Positions 28,363 to 38,532 of a stretch of 52,076 nucleotides of DNA are shown here, one piece after another. Within the stretch, counting starts at the first letter, position 1. The number at the start of each line of letters is the position of its first letter. Below the pieces are notes generated by a model. That model ran no database searches, was not told where the DNA came from, and saw only the letters and a list, made by a program, of their open reading frames with translations. Both the position numbers and the translations under genes were made by a program. Origin of the DNA: a candidate division GN15 bacterium (GTDB taxonomy: Bacteria; Zixibacteria; MSB-5A5; GN15; FEB-12); contig WJMS01000015.1 in NCBI GenBank assembly GCA_014727815.1, forward strand, positions 1 to 52,076. Reading direction: 5' to 3'.

Positions 28363-28911
28363 TCAATCATCGTTGGTAAAGACGTAGTCATTGCCACCAG
28401 CCGTGGCGTGACAGGCAATGCAGCCGGCGTCCATTCCTTTGGCCACCCGGCCGGCAAGGGCCATGCCTTTTTCGTTTTCCATGATGGATCCGTCAGGAGC
28501 GTACTTGACCCAGAACCAGTTGTTGTTCGCCTCGTCGTAGCCGGGTTTACGCTGAACCATGACGGTCACGGACTTCAGGTAGTCGCCGGGACTGTCCGCC
28601 ACCGTTTCCATCGTTGCACCCTCTCCGCCGTAATTCTCCTTCACGATGACGTGGAACGGAGTGTCATCGACCGAGATCATGCTGTAGTACGTGCGCAGGA
28701 TGGCGCCATGAGGCCGGGTGCCCTCGTAGTAGTCTGTTTGCAGCCGCCACTCGTTGTATCCGTCCATCTGCTTCCAGACCTTGTCGGCGAAAGATACGTC
28801 CTTTTCGCCGCCGAACGGCTTATCGGTCGTTTCCTGGGCCAGGGCTGCACCGGCGATCACGGGTGATACCAGGATTGCCGTCAACAGGAATAGCATCACA
28901 TTCCGTCGCAT
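28363..28911 (-). CDS. Cytochrome P460 / c'-beta family monoheme cytochrome
   Basis: Signal peptide, IVKENY, TVMVQRKPGY....NWFWVKY..DG, C-terminal CIACH; GGAGGAG RBS before ATG 28911. Confidence 0.8.
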   Translation of the reverse strand: MRRNVMLFLLTAILVSPVIAGAALAQETTDKPFGGEKDVSFADKVWKQMDGYNEWRLQTDYYEGTRPHGAILRTYYSMISVDDTPFHVIVKENYGGEGATMETVADSPGDYLKSVTVMVQRKPGYDEANNNWFWVKYAPDGSIMENEKGMALAGRVAKGMDAGCIACHATAGGNDYVFTNDD

Positions 28912-28947
28912 TTCATACTCCTCCATTCGCTTTCTCTTGCGTCAGTC

Positions 28948-29907
28948 TTACCGTCCCGCGGTTGCGGCAATGGCGGCCACCATGAGCATGCCGACCAGTT
29001 TGGCGGTGCGGTGATCGACGTCGTATTCGGGGTTAACTTCGGAAAACTCTATCAGGCGCGTGCGCAGGTCGCCGCCGGCGATGGTGGCGATCTCGTAGAT
29101 TTCCTCGGCGGTGAGACCGATCGGATACGACGCGCTCACTCCGGGCGCGTCGTTGGTGCGGACCGAGTCCATGTCGATTCCCCAGAAAATCGCGTCTGCC
29201 GTATGATCGTTGAGAATAGGACGAAACAGCCCGTCGATGCCTTTGGCGCGAACGTCGGTCAACGGGTGGACGTGAACTCCCTTGCCCTGCAGGTATTCGA
29301 GATACTCGGCGGAATTGGCTTCAGGTTTGTTGGCGACCTCGAAGAACATGGCGGGATCCAGCACTCCCTGATCGAGCAGCTGCCGGTACGGGGTGCCGCT
29401 GGTCGGCCGGTCATCTTCGCGCACATCGAAGTGACTGTCAACATTGATGGCCAGGACGGGTGAAGCTACGCGGGACAGACCGAGGCAGTCGGGATAGGAA
29501 ATGTCATTGCCGCCGCCGAGCACGATCAGGCGTTTACCGTCGGCGAGAATGCGTTCGACAATCTCGGCGTGGACCCGGTGAGTGTCCTCGAGGGTGGGCT
29601 GGATGACGGTGTCGCCGATATCATACAGGTAGTGCGTACCGGCTTCGGACGGCGCCGACAGTTTGTAGAAGGCCTGCCTGATTGCACGGGGTGCTTTGGC
29701 AGAGCCGCGCCGGCCGAGATTTCGGTGCACGCCTTCATCCTGGGGACAGCCGAGGATAACGATTTCGGCGTTGTCGTAACCGGTCGGATCGTGCGACACA
29801 ATATCGCCCATGCGCGGGTCGTTCGGATCGTTGCGCGAGTAGAACAGCTCGGGGTCGGGTCGTTCGGTCTTGATGAAGAGATCACGGGTATCGACATTTG
29901 TCGGCAT
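28948..29907 (-). CDS. hutG: Formimidoylglutamase-like arginase-family hydrolase
   Basis: DPNDPRMG, GCPQDEGV.RN.GR.G, GGGNDISY, DSHFD, SGTPY, DMD, EVNP. Confidence 0.8.
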   Translation of the reverse strand: MPTNVDTRDLFIKTERPDPELFYSRNDPNDPRMGDIVSHDPTGYDNAEIVILGCPQDEGVHRNLGRRGSAKAPRAIRQAFYKLSAPSEAGTHYLYDIGDTVIQPTLEDTHRVHAEIVERILADGKRLIVLGGGNDISYPDCLGLSRVASPVLAINVDSHFDVREDDRPTSGTPYRQLLDQGVLDPAMFFEVANKPEANSAEYLEYLQGKGVHVHPLTDVRAKGIDGLFRPILNDHTADAIFWGIDMDSVRTNDAPGVSASYPIGLTAEEIYEIATIAGGDLRTRLIEFSEVNPEYDVDHRTAKLVGMLMVAAIAATAGR

Positions 29908-29951
29908 AGCTTTCTCCTGAATATACTGTTCCTGATGTCCGTTCAGGCAAC

Positions 29952-30470
29952 TTACTCAGCGACCGCTTCGATGATTGCCGTGCAGAAGGCGGGCAGATCT
30001 TTGGGTGTCCGCGAGGTGATCAGGTTTTCGCTTTTGACTACTTTCAGGTCGACCCATTCGGCGCCGGCGTGTACGAGATCATCCTCGATCGAATGAAAGC
30101 CGGTCACCTGCTTGCCGTCGACAACCTCGGCCGACGCCAGCATCCATCCGCCGTGACAGATACTCGCGATGTGTTTGTCCTGCTTATCCATCTCGCGCAC
30201 AAACTCGACCATGTTCGGTGAGCGGCGCATGTGATCGGGCGAATAGCCGCCGGGGATAATCAGGGCGTCGAATTCAATTGCCTTGACTTCATCGATTCCC
30301 TTGTCGGCGGTAGCCGGCACACCGTGTTTGCCCCGGAAAGTACCGGCTTTGGGGCCGATCGCGACAACTTCGGCGCCTTCTTCCTGCATGCGGTAGTAGG
30401 GGTACCAGAATTCCAGATCTTCGTAGAGGTCGGCAACAAAGACCGCGACTTTTTTGCCTTGTAGTTTCAT
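29952..30470 (-). CDS. PfpI/DJ-1 family type 1 glutamine amidotransferase-like protein
   Basis: YEDLEFWYP, IPGG, SICHGGW, ITSRTPKDLPAF; true start ATG 30470 (the upstream extension in the ORF track is spurious). Confidence 0.93.
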   Translation of the reverse strand: MKLQGKKVAVFVADLYEDLEFWYPYYRMQEEGAEVVAIGPKAGTFRGKHGVPATADKGIDEVKAIEFDALIIPGGYSPDHMRRSPNMVEFVREMDKQDKHIASICHGGWMLASAEVVDGKQVTGFHSIEDDLVHAGAEWVDLKVVKSENLITSRTPKDLPAFCTAIIEAVAE

Positions 30471-30495
30471 GGGAGCTTTCCTCCTGTCTCGTGCA

Positions 30496-30523
30496 CTCAA
30501 CAAGTTAACTTTGTGCGCGTTGT
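30496..30523 (-). promoter_or_regulatory. Putative ECF-sigma promoter (ACAAC-N16-TGTTGAG)
   Basis: Motif match ending 25 bp before the pfpI ATG; a second candidate GGAAC-N16-GGTTAAG lies at 30657-30684. Confidence 0.45.
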
Positions 30524-30715
30524 AACCGTCACCGCACAAGCGAATGACGAGCGATTGATCGTGCGTGAGGAAGTTCCGTGGAGAATGTACTACGCCGCAC
30601 TGCCCTCGGCAGCAGCAATTGCTTCGGGCAGGCGCGGCAAGCACCGCTTGTAGTTCCTTAACCCGTTGGAAAGCGTAAAGTTCCGGGTGCAAAACGAACA
30701 GCCTTCGGGCGGTGC

Positions 30716-32149
30716 TCAGGACAGGCAATCGGCCAGGGCCGCCCGGGCCGCATGATAGCCGCACATGCCGTGCACGCCGCCACCGGGCGGTGTTGAGGAG
30801 GAGCAAAGATAGACACCGGGCTGGCCGGTCGCGTAGGGATTCCATTGCAGGACAGGCCGGGCCAGCAGTTGGCGAAAATCCTGGATGCCGCCGTTGATAT
30901 CGCCGCCGACGTAGTTGGCATTGTAGGCCTCCAGCCCGGCCGTGTTGAGGGTGTGGCGAGCGAGGATAGTGTCGCGGAAGCCGGGGGCGAATCGCTCCAC
31001 CTGGCGCTCGATTGCTTCGGTCATGTCGACGGTCGAGCCGTTCGGGACGTGGCAATAGGCCCAGCCGATATGACTGCCCGCAGGAGCGCGCGAGGGATCC
31101 TGTACGGTCGGTTGGGCGACAAGTACGAACGGCTCCTCCGGATGTTTGCCGCGTGTGACAGCGGCTTCCGAAGCCGCTATTTCGTCGAAGGTGCCGCCGA
31201 CATGGACTGTCCCGGCGCGACGGCACCAGTCGGAAGTCCACGGGATGGGGCGGTCAAGCGCCCAGTCAATCTTGAAGACGCCCGGGCCGTAACGGAAGGC
31301 CTCCAACCGGCGTCGGTAGCGCGAGGGCAGTGCGTCACCGGCAATTGTCAGCAACTGCCGGGGTGTGATGTCGAACAGGGCGACACGGGCGCGCGGCAGG
31401 TCGGAGAGACGATTGACCGGCATGTCGGTGAGGATAGTCGCGTCGTGGTCTTTGACATAGGCGGTCAGGGCTGTCGTGATCGACTGTGCGCCTCCCTGCG
31501 GGATGGGCCAGCCGACGGCGTGGCCGGCCAGAGTGAGCACAAGCCCAACGGCGGCGCTGGGCGCCTGCTCAAGCGGCAGCATCGAATGCGCCGCCATGCC
31601 GGCAAATAGAGCCCGGGCGTGTGCCGATTGGAAGTTTCGGTCACATAGTCGCCGAGCGGATTGGAGGCCATGCCGGGCGAACCGCGCCATGAGAAGCGGA
31701 TGTTTTGGGATTCGGGGTGGCGCCAGGAGATCGTGCGAGAGTTTCTCCCAGGCAACGGCCAGTGGTTCAATGAGGCGCTTATAGGCGCCGCTATCACTTC
31801 CCAACAGTTCGGCCGTTTGTGGGACAGTGCCGTACAGCGCCGCGGCATCGCCACCATCGAGCGGATGAGCGGCGGTCACATCGGGATAGATCCAGCGCAG
31901 GCCGTACGATTCCAGAGCGAGCTTTTGCAGAAACGGCGATCCAACCGTGAGGGGATGAACCGCCGAGCAAATATCGTGGGTGACGCCGGGAAGGGTCAGT
32001 TCGGCACTACGGGCGCCGCCACCGGGGGTGGCGGCCGCCTCGAGCACGACAACTGAGAAGCCCGCGCGGGCCATATAGGCCGCCGCGGCCAGGCCATTGG
32101 GGCCGGCGCCAACCACGACCGCGTCGTATGATGGTTTTCCGGACGTCAC
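30716..32149 (-). CDS. NAD(P)/FAD-dependent oxidoreductase (phytoene dehydrogenase-like)
   Basis: VVGAGPNGL, HDICSAVHP, TPPGGGVHGMCG. Confidence 0.9.
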   Translation of the reverse strand: MTSGKPSYDAVVVGAGPNGLAAAAYMARAGFSVVVLEAAATPGGGARSAELTLPGVTHDICSAVHPLTVGSPFLQKLALESYGLRWIYPDVTAAHPLDGGDAAALYGTVPQTAELLGSDSGAYKRLIEPLAVAWEKLSHDLLAPPRIPKHPLLMARFARHGLQSARRLCDRNFQSAHARALFAGMAAHSMLPLEQAPSAAVGLVLTLAGHAVGWPIPQGGAQSITTALTAYVKDHDATILTDMPVNRLSDLPRARVALFDITPRQLLTIAGDALPSRYRRRLEAFRYGPGVFKIDWALDRPIPWTSDWCRRAGTVHVGGTFDEIAASEAAVTRGKHPEEPFVLVAQPTVQDPSRAPAGSHIGWAYCHVPNGSTVDMTEAIERQVERFAPGFRDTILARHTLNTAGLEAYNANYVGGDINGGIQDFRQLLARPVLQWNPYATGQPGVYLCSSSTPPGGGVHGMCGYHAARAALADCLS

Positions 32150-32200
32150 GTCACCTTTCTTGTCGATAGCGCCGTGCTGTTTGCGTTGGCGACGTTGTGT

Positions 32201-33202
32201 CTACTGCGTCCTCGCCTTCTGTTTCGGCGGCGCCATGAATTCCGGTCCGACCGGCTTCTGCACGGTTTCATCGATAATCTCGGCGATGCGGGCACGGGCA
32301 TCATCATCGAGCGTCCAGCCATCCAGACCGTCGAGCGCATCGAGTTGATCCGGCCGACGGGCGCCCCAGAGGGCGATGTCCACGCCCTGATCGAGAATCC
32401 AGCGTACGGCCAATTGGATGACGCGGCGATCATAGTGCTCGCGGGCGAAGGTATCCAGTCGGTTCACGGCTTCGAGGTACTGTTCATAGCGCGGCTTCTT
32501 GAATTTCGGGTCGAACCGACGGAGATCATCACCGGTAAACTTCGTCTCGGCGGTCATCTTCCCCGACAACAGGCCACGACAGAGAGCGCCGTAGGTCAGC
32601 AGGGCGATGTCGTTTTTCTGACAATACGGCAACTCATCATCCTCAATACCACGCTCCAGCAGATTGTACGGCGGCTGACAGAAATGCAGCGGCGCTGTTT
32701 CACGGAATGCGGCCATGTGTTCGGACGAGTAGTTGCTGACCCCGATGGCGCGGATTCGCCCTTCGTCGAGCAGCTGTTTCATTGTACCGGCGGTCTCTTC
32801 GGCGGCGACGGAATCATCCGGCCAGTGAATCTGGTATATATCGATGTAGTCCGTTTGCAGGCGCTGCAGCGAATCATCGATCTCCTTGAGAATCCGCTCG
32901 CGCGAGGCGTTGCGAAACGGCTTGTGATCGTCGTTCCAATCAAGCGCCGCTTTGGTTGCCAGGACGATCCGGTCGCGATTGCCGTGCTCCCTGATGGCCT
33001 TGCCGACTATTTCTTCGGAGCGGCCGAAGCCGTAGACCGGGGCAGTGTCGATGAGGTTGATGCCCTTGTCGAGGGCGGCACGAATAGTGCGAATCGACTC
33101 CGCTTCATCGGTACCACCCCACATCCATCCGCCGATAGCCCAGGTGCCGAGGCCGACCCGGGAGAGTTCTCGATCGAGTTGTGCGTTCCGTTTGGTCTCC
33201 AT
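32201..33202 (-). CDS. Aldo/keto reductase (general stress protein YhdN-like)
   Basis: GLGTWAIGG, DTAPVYG.G.SE, ATK, YQIHWPD, QPPYN. Confidence 0.93.
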   Translation of the reverse strand: METKRNAQLDRELSRVGLGTWAIGGWMWGGTDEAESIRTIRAALDKGINLIDTAPVYGFGRSEEIVGKAIREHGNRDRIVLATKAALDWNDDHKPFRNASRERILKEIDDSLQRLQTDYIDIYQIHWPDDSVAAEETAGTMKQLLDEGRIRAIGVSNYSSEHMAAFRETAPLHFCQPPYNLLERGIEDDELPYCQKNDIALLTYGALCRGLLSGKMTAETKFTGDDLRRFDPKFKKPRYEQYLEAVNRLDTFAREHYDRRVIQLAVRWILDQGVDIALWGARRPDQLDALDGLDGWTLDDDARARIAEIIDETVQKPVGPEFMAPPKQKARTQ

Positions 33203-33265
33203 GTTACTCCTGCTAGTGCCGAGTGCGTCTAGAATTCAGTGATTCTGAGGGCTGCGAGCCAACGA

Positions 33266-33835
33266 TCAGTCCTCATCGATGCCAACCACACCACAGGCGA
33301 CTCTCGCGCCGGCGGCGCCGGTCGGCTGCGTAGTTAGATCGTCTTCACCTTCGTGCACGATAACGCCCCGCCCGATAATCGAGTTTACGCCGGACATTGT
33401 CAAGTGCGTATCGGTCTCTTCGTAGTGACCGTGACCGGTCGAGTCGGCCATGATATTGCCGAGGTCGCCGACGTGGCGATCAAGATCATCGGGAGCACCA
33501 TGTTCGCGATTCATCGGTGCAAAATGCCCGCCCGCTGAGGTAGCGTCGGGTTCGGAACAGTCACCATACTCATGAATATGGAATCCGTGCAGACCGGGTT
33601 CGAGATTGTACACGTCGGCGACAACTTCGACGCCGTCGGGTGTCTCGGTGAACGTAACCGTACCGTAGGCGTCGTTGCCTTCGGTCGGATGTAGCACGGC
33701 GACGGCCTTGGTCGGACCCGGCAGGACTTCCTCGAGCTGGCCGCCGGGCGGGTGTTCCTGTCCGCCACAGCCGTTCAGACCGATAATCAGTCCGAGCGGA
33801 AGCAATCCGGATAAGAGAGCGGTCAGGCGTTTCAT
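33266..33835 (-). CDS. sodC: Cu/Zn superoxide dismutase, lipoprotein
   Basis: HGFHIH, SAGGHF, HVGDLGN, HEGEDD, RVACG; lipobox LNGC; AAGGAG RBS before ATG 33835. Confidence 0.93.
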   Translation of the reverse strand: MKRLTALLSGLLPLGLIIGLNGCGGQEHPPGGQLEEVLPGPTKAVAVLHPTEGNDAYGTVTFTETPDGVEVVADVYNLEPGLHGFHIHEYGDCSEPDATSAGGHFAPMNREHGAPDDLDRHVGDLGNIMADSTGHGHYEETDTHLTMSGVNSIIGRGVIVHEGEDDLTTQPTGAAGARVACGVVGIDED

Positions 33836-33899
33836 ATGAGTTCTCCTTTCATCACTTGGTATACTATCGATGACCTGTAGTCTGGGCTGGTCGGGGCGA

Positions 33900-34475
33900 T
33901 CAGGTTTCGCCGGTACTGCGACGCTGCAGGACCTGGACGGTAGTGGCTTTGGGGCCTTTGTCACCCTGCTCTTCGACATAACGCACGCCGTTACCCACAT
34001 CGAGGTCCTCAAAGGCCTCGTTGACAACGCTGTTTCGGTGGAAATAGATTCGGCGGCCGTCGACGGTTTCCAGGAAACCATAGCCGCCATCGACATCAAT
34101 CTCGCTGATGATGGCGGTGACCTCCTGCTGCGGGTGCGATTTGGTTTCATCGCGCTGGCGTTCGACCAGTTCCTTGAGCCGACGTCGAGCCGCATCGAAG
34201 GCATCGCGAATGACACCCGACAGGGGCGCATGCATGTCGGCCTCGCCGGGTTCTTTGGTCACCACCAGTTCATGTCCCGGCGGGACTCGCACCTCAATTC
34301 GTACCCGATGCAGGTTGCCGCTCTGCTGGTGACGCTGCGGGCGTTCGACACTCACCCGGCAACTGGTGATGTAGTCACACACCTGTTCGAGCTTGCCGAC
34401 TTTTTCGTGGATGAGAGCTTCGATGTCGGGGCTCTTGGCCACATCTCGAAACGATAATTCCAGTGGGACTTGCAT
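33900..34475 (-). CDS. HPF/RaiA ribosome-hibernation domain fused to a cold-shock domain
   Basis: MQVPLELSFR...ITSCRV.VE...DAFDAARRRL followed by GYGFL...IYFHRNSV...GDKGPKA. Confidence 0.88.
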   Translation of the reverse strand: MQVPLELSFRDVAKSPDIEALIHEKVGKLEQVCDYITSCRVSVERPQRHQQSGNLHRVRIEVRVPPGHELVVTKEPGEADMHAPLSGVIRDAFDAARRRLKELVERQRDETKSHPQQEVTAIISEIDVDGGYGFLETVDGRRIYFHRNSVVNEAFEDLDVGNGVRYVEEQGDKGPKATTVQVLQRRSTGET

Positions 34476-34650
34476 ACTGTCACCTCCATGGCCAACCGAT
34501 GCCGTCGAGGCATCGACTCCGACGGGCATTGTCTGCAGTGACCGCCGGTCGGTCGGCGTTGAATTCTACGTGTGCCGGGAAACGAGTACTGCGAAGACGT
34601 GCGAGGATACGGTCAGCGCCGCCGGATGGCGGAGCCCGGCCTATCTATTC

Positions 34651-34679
34651 GTATAACAAGGAATCGACGTTGACGTTTC
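34651..34679 (-). promoter_or_regulatory. Putative ECF-sigma promoter (GAAAC-N16-TGTTATAC)
   Basis: Both boxes and the spacing are identical to the copy at 50575-50603; lies between nuoN and the HPF-CSD gene. Confidence 0.65.
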
Positions 34680-34706
34680 GGCAAATCTGCATTCGTTGTA
34701 ACAGAA

Positions 34707-36137
34707 CTACAGGGTGAGGACCAATCGCCGGATCAGCAGCAGCAGCTGATCGGGATAGACCCCGAGGTAGATTGTCGCTGCGGCCAGCAGGCCGAGCAGC
34801 GTCGCTCCCGAGAGTGAGACTGTGGGCGTCGAGGCAGCAGGCGTGTCGCGACGGGCGTACATGACAGCCATGATACGGAAGTAGTAGTAGATGCCGATCA
34901 GGCTGGCGATTGCCAGCACCACTACCAGCACCCAGTGGGCGGCAGCAACACCGGCCAGGACCAGATAGAACTTGCCGACAAATCCGGCCGTGACGGGAAT
35001 CCCCGCCAGGGACAGAAGGAGTATGGTGAAGATGATCGCCAGTCGGGGGCGCTGCCAGAACAGGCCGCGGAAGTCTTCGAGAGACATCCGTTCCCTGCCT
35101 TCGGGTGAAATCAAGCTGATTATGCCGAATGAGCCCAGGACAGCCAGAGAGTAGACGATCAGGTAGTAGGCGACGGCTTCGAGGGCGCGATCTCCTCCGG
35201 CGATGAAGGCGACCAGCATGTAGCCGAGATGAGCGATCGAGGAATAAGCCAGGATGCGTTTGACGTTTTCCTGGATGAGCGCCAGGATGTTTCCGATCAG
35301 CATCGAGGCTATCGCGATCACGGCCAGGGCGATCATGACCGTGTCGAATTGATATCCATCGGTGACAAAGAAGTACCGCAGCAAGAGTGCGAACACGGCG
35401 CTTTTGGAGACACTGGCCACAAAGGCGGTGACGGGAGCCGGGGCGCCGGTGTAGACATCGGGTGTCCAGACATGGAACGGTACGATAGCGAGTTTGAAAC
35501 CGATGCCGACCAGCATAAGGGCGGTCGCGACCAGTACGATGGGGGTCGACAGATCTTCGGCGGCGGCGAGTGCATCGGCCAGCGGGCCAAACTGCATCGT
35601 CCCGAACTCCGCGTAGATCAGCGCCATGCCGAACAGCAGGAAAGCTGATGATGCAGCCGCGAGGATGAGATACTTCACCCCCGCTTCAAGGGCGGCAAGT
35701 TCCTCGGTCAGATAGGCAATCATGACATAGAGTGAGACCGAGAGAATCTCGAGACCGAGGAAGAATGTAACGAAATGACTGGCGGCGGTGAGGACCATCG
35801 AACCGAGCGTGGCCAGCAGCAGGACTATATAGAATTCCTCGCGCTGTTCGTTGCGGCGACGCAGGTAGGCGTAGCCGAGGACGGCGGTGACGATAGCGGC
35901 GGCGATGATCAGGCCCATGAAGAACTGCGCGAACCCATCCATCACCAGCAGCACGCCAACTGATTGCGGCAGCAGCGGGCCGACACCAATCACTGCGATG
36001 AAGGCAGCGATGAGACCGACTATGGTCAGTCCGAGAGCAACCGCATGACGGCGTGTGATGGCGGCCTGCAGCAGGACGACGATCGATGTTATAGCGACAA
36101 TGATGACCGGCCAGAGGGCCTGATATTCTATATCCAT
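34707..36137 (-). CDS. nuoN: NADH-quinone oxidoreductase subunit N
   Basis: FLGLEILS, EAGVKYLIL, GFKLAIVPFHVWTPDVY, KRILAYSSIAH, GFVGKF. Confidence 0.95.
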   Translation of the reverse strand: MDIEYQALWPVIIVAITSIVVLLQAAITRRHAVALGLTIVGLIAAFIAVIGVGPLLPQSVGVLLVMDGFAQFFMGLIIAAAIVTAVLGYAYLRRRNEQREEFYIVLLLATLGSMVLTAASHFVTFFLGLEILSVSLYVMIAYLTEELAALEAGVKYLILAAASSAFLLFGMALIYAEFGTMQFGPLADALAAAEDLSTPIVLVATALMLVGIGFKLAIVPFHVWTPDVYTGAPAPVTAFVASVSKSAVFALLLRYFFVTDGYQFDTVMIALAVIAIASMLIGNILALIQENVKRILAYSSIAHLGYMLVAFIAGGDRALEAVAYYLIVYSLAVLGSFGIISLISPEGRERMSLEDFRGLFWQRPRLAIIFTILLLSLAGIPVTAGFVGKFYLVLAGVAAAHWVLVVVLAIASLIGIYYYFRIMAVMYARRDTPAASTPTVSLSGATLLGLLAAATIYLGVYPDQLLLLIRRLVLTL

Positions 36138-36144
36138 GTCACTG

Positions 36145-36453
36145 CTACCCCTTCAAGAGACTGGCCAGATCGATATCGAGCGTCTGGAGGCGCTTGTAGA
36201 TTTGCAGAACGAGGGCCAGGCCGATAGCGACTTCAGCGGCTGCCATGGCGAGAATGAAAACGAACATGACCTGACCATCGGCCTGTCCCCACCGGGCGCC
36301 GGCGGCGACAAAGGCCAATCCGGCGGCGTTGAGCATGATTTCAAGGCTCATGAGGATGAAGATCACGTTGCGGCGGACGAGCAGCCCGATCACACCCAGG
36401 GAGAAGAGAATGCCGGCCAGCAGCAGTCCATGTTCGAGCGGAATGGCGGCCAT
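36145..36453 (-). CDS. nuoK: NADH-quinone oxidoreductase subunit K
   Basis: [26 protein letters not shown]. Confidence 0.96.
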   Translation of the reverse strand: MAAIPLEHGLLLAGILFSLGVIGLLVRRNVIFILMSLEIMLNAAGLAFVAAGARWGQADGQVMFVFILAMAAAEVAIGLALVLQIYKRLQTLDIDLASLLKG

Positions 36454-36454
36454 A

Positions 36455-37027
36455 CTACGAGTCCTCCCCTACGGTGACGTTCGGCGACGATTCGGTGTCT
36501 GCAGCTTGGGTGGTCGTATCGGTTCCGTGCTCACGGCGTTCGCGGCGGCGCCCGAGATGGAAGGCGCCGACCAGACCGGCCAGCAGCAGCATGCCGGCAA
36601 GTTCCACGCCGAGTACATACGTGGTAAAAAGGCTGATACCTACTTCCCTGGGAGCGACGACAGTCGGCGAATAGACGGTAGCCAGGCCTTGGTTGATCAT
36701 GTAGACAAGTTCAATCAACAAGACCAGTGACAGAACAGCGGGCCCGATGTACATGCGGGGATTGAGCCACTGCCGCTCCTGCTGTGCCGATTCGGGACCG
36801 AGATTGAGCAGCATCATGACGAATACAAACAGCACCATGATGGCGCCGGCATAGATGATGATCTCGAGCACGGCGACAAACGGCGCGCCGAGACAGAAGA
36901 AGATGACGGCTACCGACAACAGCGATACGATCAGGTACAACAGGGCATGTACGGCCTGGGTGCGAGTGATGACCATGATCGTGGCGGCGATTGCGACTGC
37001 CGACGCTATGTAGAATGCGGTTACCAT
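36455..37027 (-). CDS. nuoJ: NADH-quinone oxidoreductase subunit J
   Basis: [32 protein letters not shown]. Confidence 0.95.
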   Translation of the reverse strand: MVTAFYIASAVAIAATIMVITRTQAVHALLYLIVSLLSVAVIFFCLGAPFVAVLEIIIYAGAIMVLFVFVMMLLNLGPESAQQERQWLNPRMYIGPAVLSLVLLIELVYMINQGLATVYSPTVVAPREVGISLFTTYVLGVELAGMLLLAGLVGAFHLGRRRERREHGTDTTTQAADTESSPNVTVGEDS

Positions 37028-37045
37028 GCCGTACGCATTAACTCC

Positions 37046-37561
37046 TCAGGGCAACAGGCTCCGGATATCAACGGGTTTGTCTTCGTTCTCCGCCTCTCCC
37101 TTGTCTTTGCCGCCGATCTTGAGGCCGGCTACCTTATAGAAGTGGTAGCCGGGGTATTTCCCCTGCCCTTCGATTTGCAGGTGTTCCTTTTCGTAGACCA
37201 GGTTATTGCGATGATACTCGGCCATCTCGAAATCAGGTGTGAGCTGGATCGCGTAGGTGGGGCAGGCTTCCTCACACAACCCACAGTAAATGCAGCGGGA
37301 GAAGTTGATGCGGAAGAAGTCCGGGTAGCGCCGGCCATGCTCGTCCTCGGTGGCCTGCAGGGCGATACAGTCGACCGGGCAGACAACGGCACAGAGATAG
37401 CAGGCCACACACCGCTCGCCGCCATCGGGGTCCTTCGAGAGGATGATCCGCCCGCGGTAGCGAGGCGCCAGGTAGGGCTTTTCATCCGGGTACTGGACTG
37501 TCTCACGGCGACGGAACATGTGTTTAAACACGATCCACAGACTTCGTATGCTGCTAAACAT
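37046..37561 (-). CDS. nuoI: NADH-quinone oxidoreductase subunit I
   Basis: Two [4Fe-4S] motifs, [12 protein letters not shown] and [12 protein letters not shown]; AGGAG RBS before ATG 37561. Confidence 0.96.
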   Translation of the reverse strand: MFSSIRSLWIVFKHMFRRRETVQYPDEKPYLAPRYRGRIILSKDPDGGERCVACYLCAVVCPVDCIALQATEDEHGRRYPDFFRINFSRCIYCGLCEEACPTYAIQLTPDFEMAEYHRNNLVYEKEHLQIEGQGKYPGYHFYKVAGLKIGGKDKGEAENEDKPVDIRSLLP

Positions 37562-37587
37562 GTATGCTCCTGACAATTCTCATAGCT

Positions 37588-38532
37588 CTACAATACAACG
37601 ATCGCTCCGGTGACCAGTAAATTGGCCAGGGCCAGCGGAAGCATCACCTTCCACCCGTACGACATGAGCTGGTCGAAGCGCGGCCGGGGCAGCCCGGCGC
37701 GCAGCAGGATGAAGAAGCAGACCAGGGCGAAGGTCTTGAGGCCGAACCAGACGATCGGCGGCAGCCAGGGACCGTGCCAGCCGCCGAGAAAGAGGGTCGT
37801 GGTGATGGCTGCAACGACTACCATTCCGAGGTACTCGCCGACGAAGAACATGCCGAACTTCAGGCCGGAGTATTCCGAGTGAAAGCCGGCGACGATTTCA
37901 CTTTCCGCCTCGGGGATGTCAAAGGGCAGCCGGTGCATTTCCGCGACGCCGGCGACCAGAAAGACGACAAAACCAAAAAACTGCGGGACGATATTCCACA
38001 TCCCCTGCTGGGCCATGACGATGTCCCACATGCTGAACGAGCCGGTCATGACGACCACGCCCATCAACGACAGACCCATGAAGACTTCGTAGCTGATCAT
38101 CTGCGAGGCCGCTCGCAGGCCGCCGAGCAGTGAATACTTGTTGTTGGAGGACCAGCCTCCCAGCACGACGCTGTAGGCGCCAAGTGATGACATCGCGAGG
38201 AAAAAGAGCAGGCCGACATTCAGGTCGACCACCCCGATACCGGGGGCGACCGGGACGACCGCGAACGACATGAGCACGGTGAAGATGATCACGCCCGGTG
38301 CGATGACAAAGACGGGGCGGTCGGCAAACGGTGGTATCCAGTCTTCCTTGGTGAGGATCTTTACCATGTCGGCGATGACCTGGAAGATGCCGAACGGCCC
38401 GACGCGGTTGGGGCCGTAGCGATCCTGCCACAGGCCGAGCAATCGCCGCTCGAGCCAGATCAGGCCGGGAGCTGCGGTGAAGACGCCGAGCAGGACGAGT
38501 ATCGCGAGAAGTGCCGATCCCTGAAAGCTCAC
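37588..38532 (-). CDS. nuoH: NADH-quinone oxidoreductase subunit H
   Basis: [33 protein letters not shown]. Confidence 0.96.
   Translation of the reverse strand: MSFQGSALLAILVLLGVFTAAPGLIWLERRLLGLWQDRYGPNRVGPFGIFQVIADMVKILTKEDWIPPFADRPVFVIAPGVIIFTVLMSFAVVPVAPGIGVVDLNVGLLFFLAMSSLGAYSVVLGGWSSNNKYSLLGGLRAASQMISYEVFMGLSLMGVVVMTGSFSMWDIVMAQQGMWNIVPQFFGFVVFLVAGVAEMHRLPFDIPEAESEIVAGFHSEYSGLKFGMFFVGEYLGMVVVAAITTTLFLGGWHGPWLPPIVWFGLKTFALVCFFILLRAGLPRPRFDQLMSYGWKVMLPLALANLLVTGAIVVL

Noticed and set aside
30471-31241. N-terminal extensions in the ORF track (PfpI 429 aa, SodC 321 aa, Lrp 226 aa, SufC 299 aa)
   Set aside because: They overlap neighbouring genes or promoters; downstream starts with RBSs give family-typical lengths.
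36138-36144. nuoL/nuoM pseudogene remnant, or an L-N chimera
   Set aside because: Only 7 bp separate the genes and the downstream protein looks like NuoN from its N-terminus onward.
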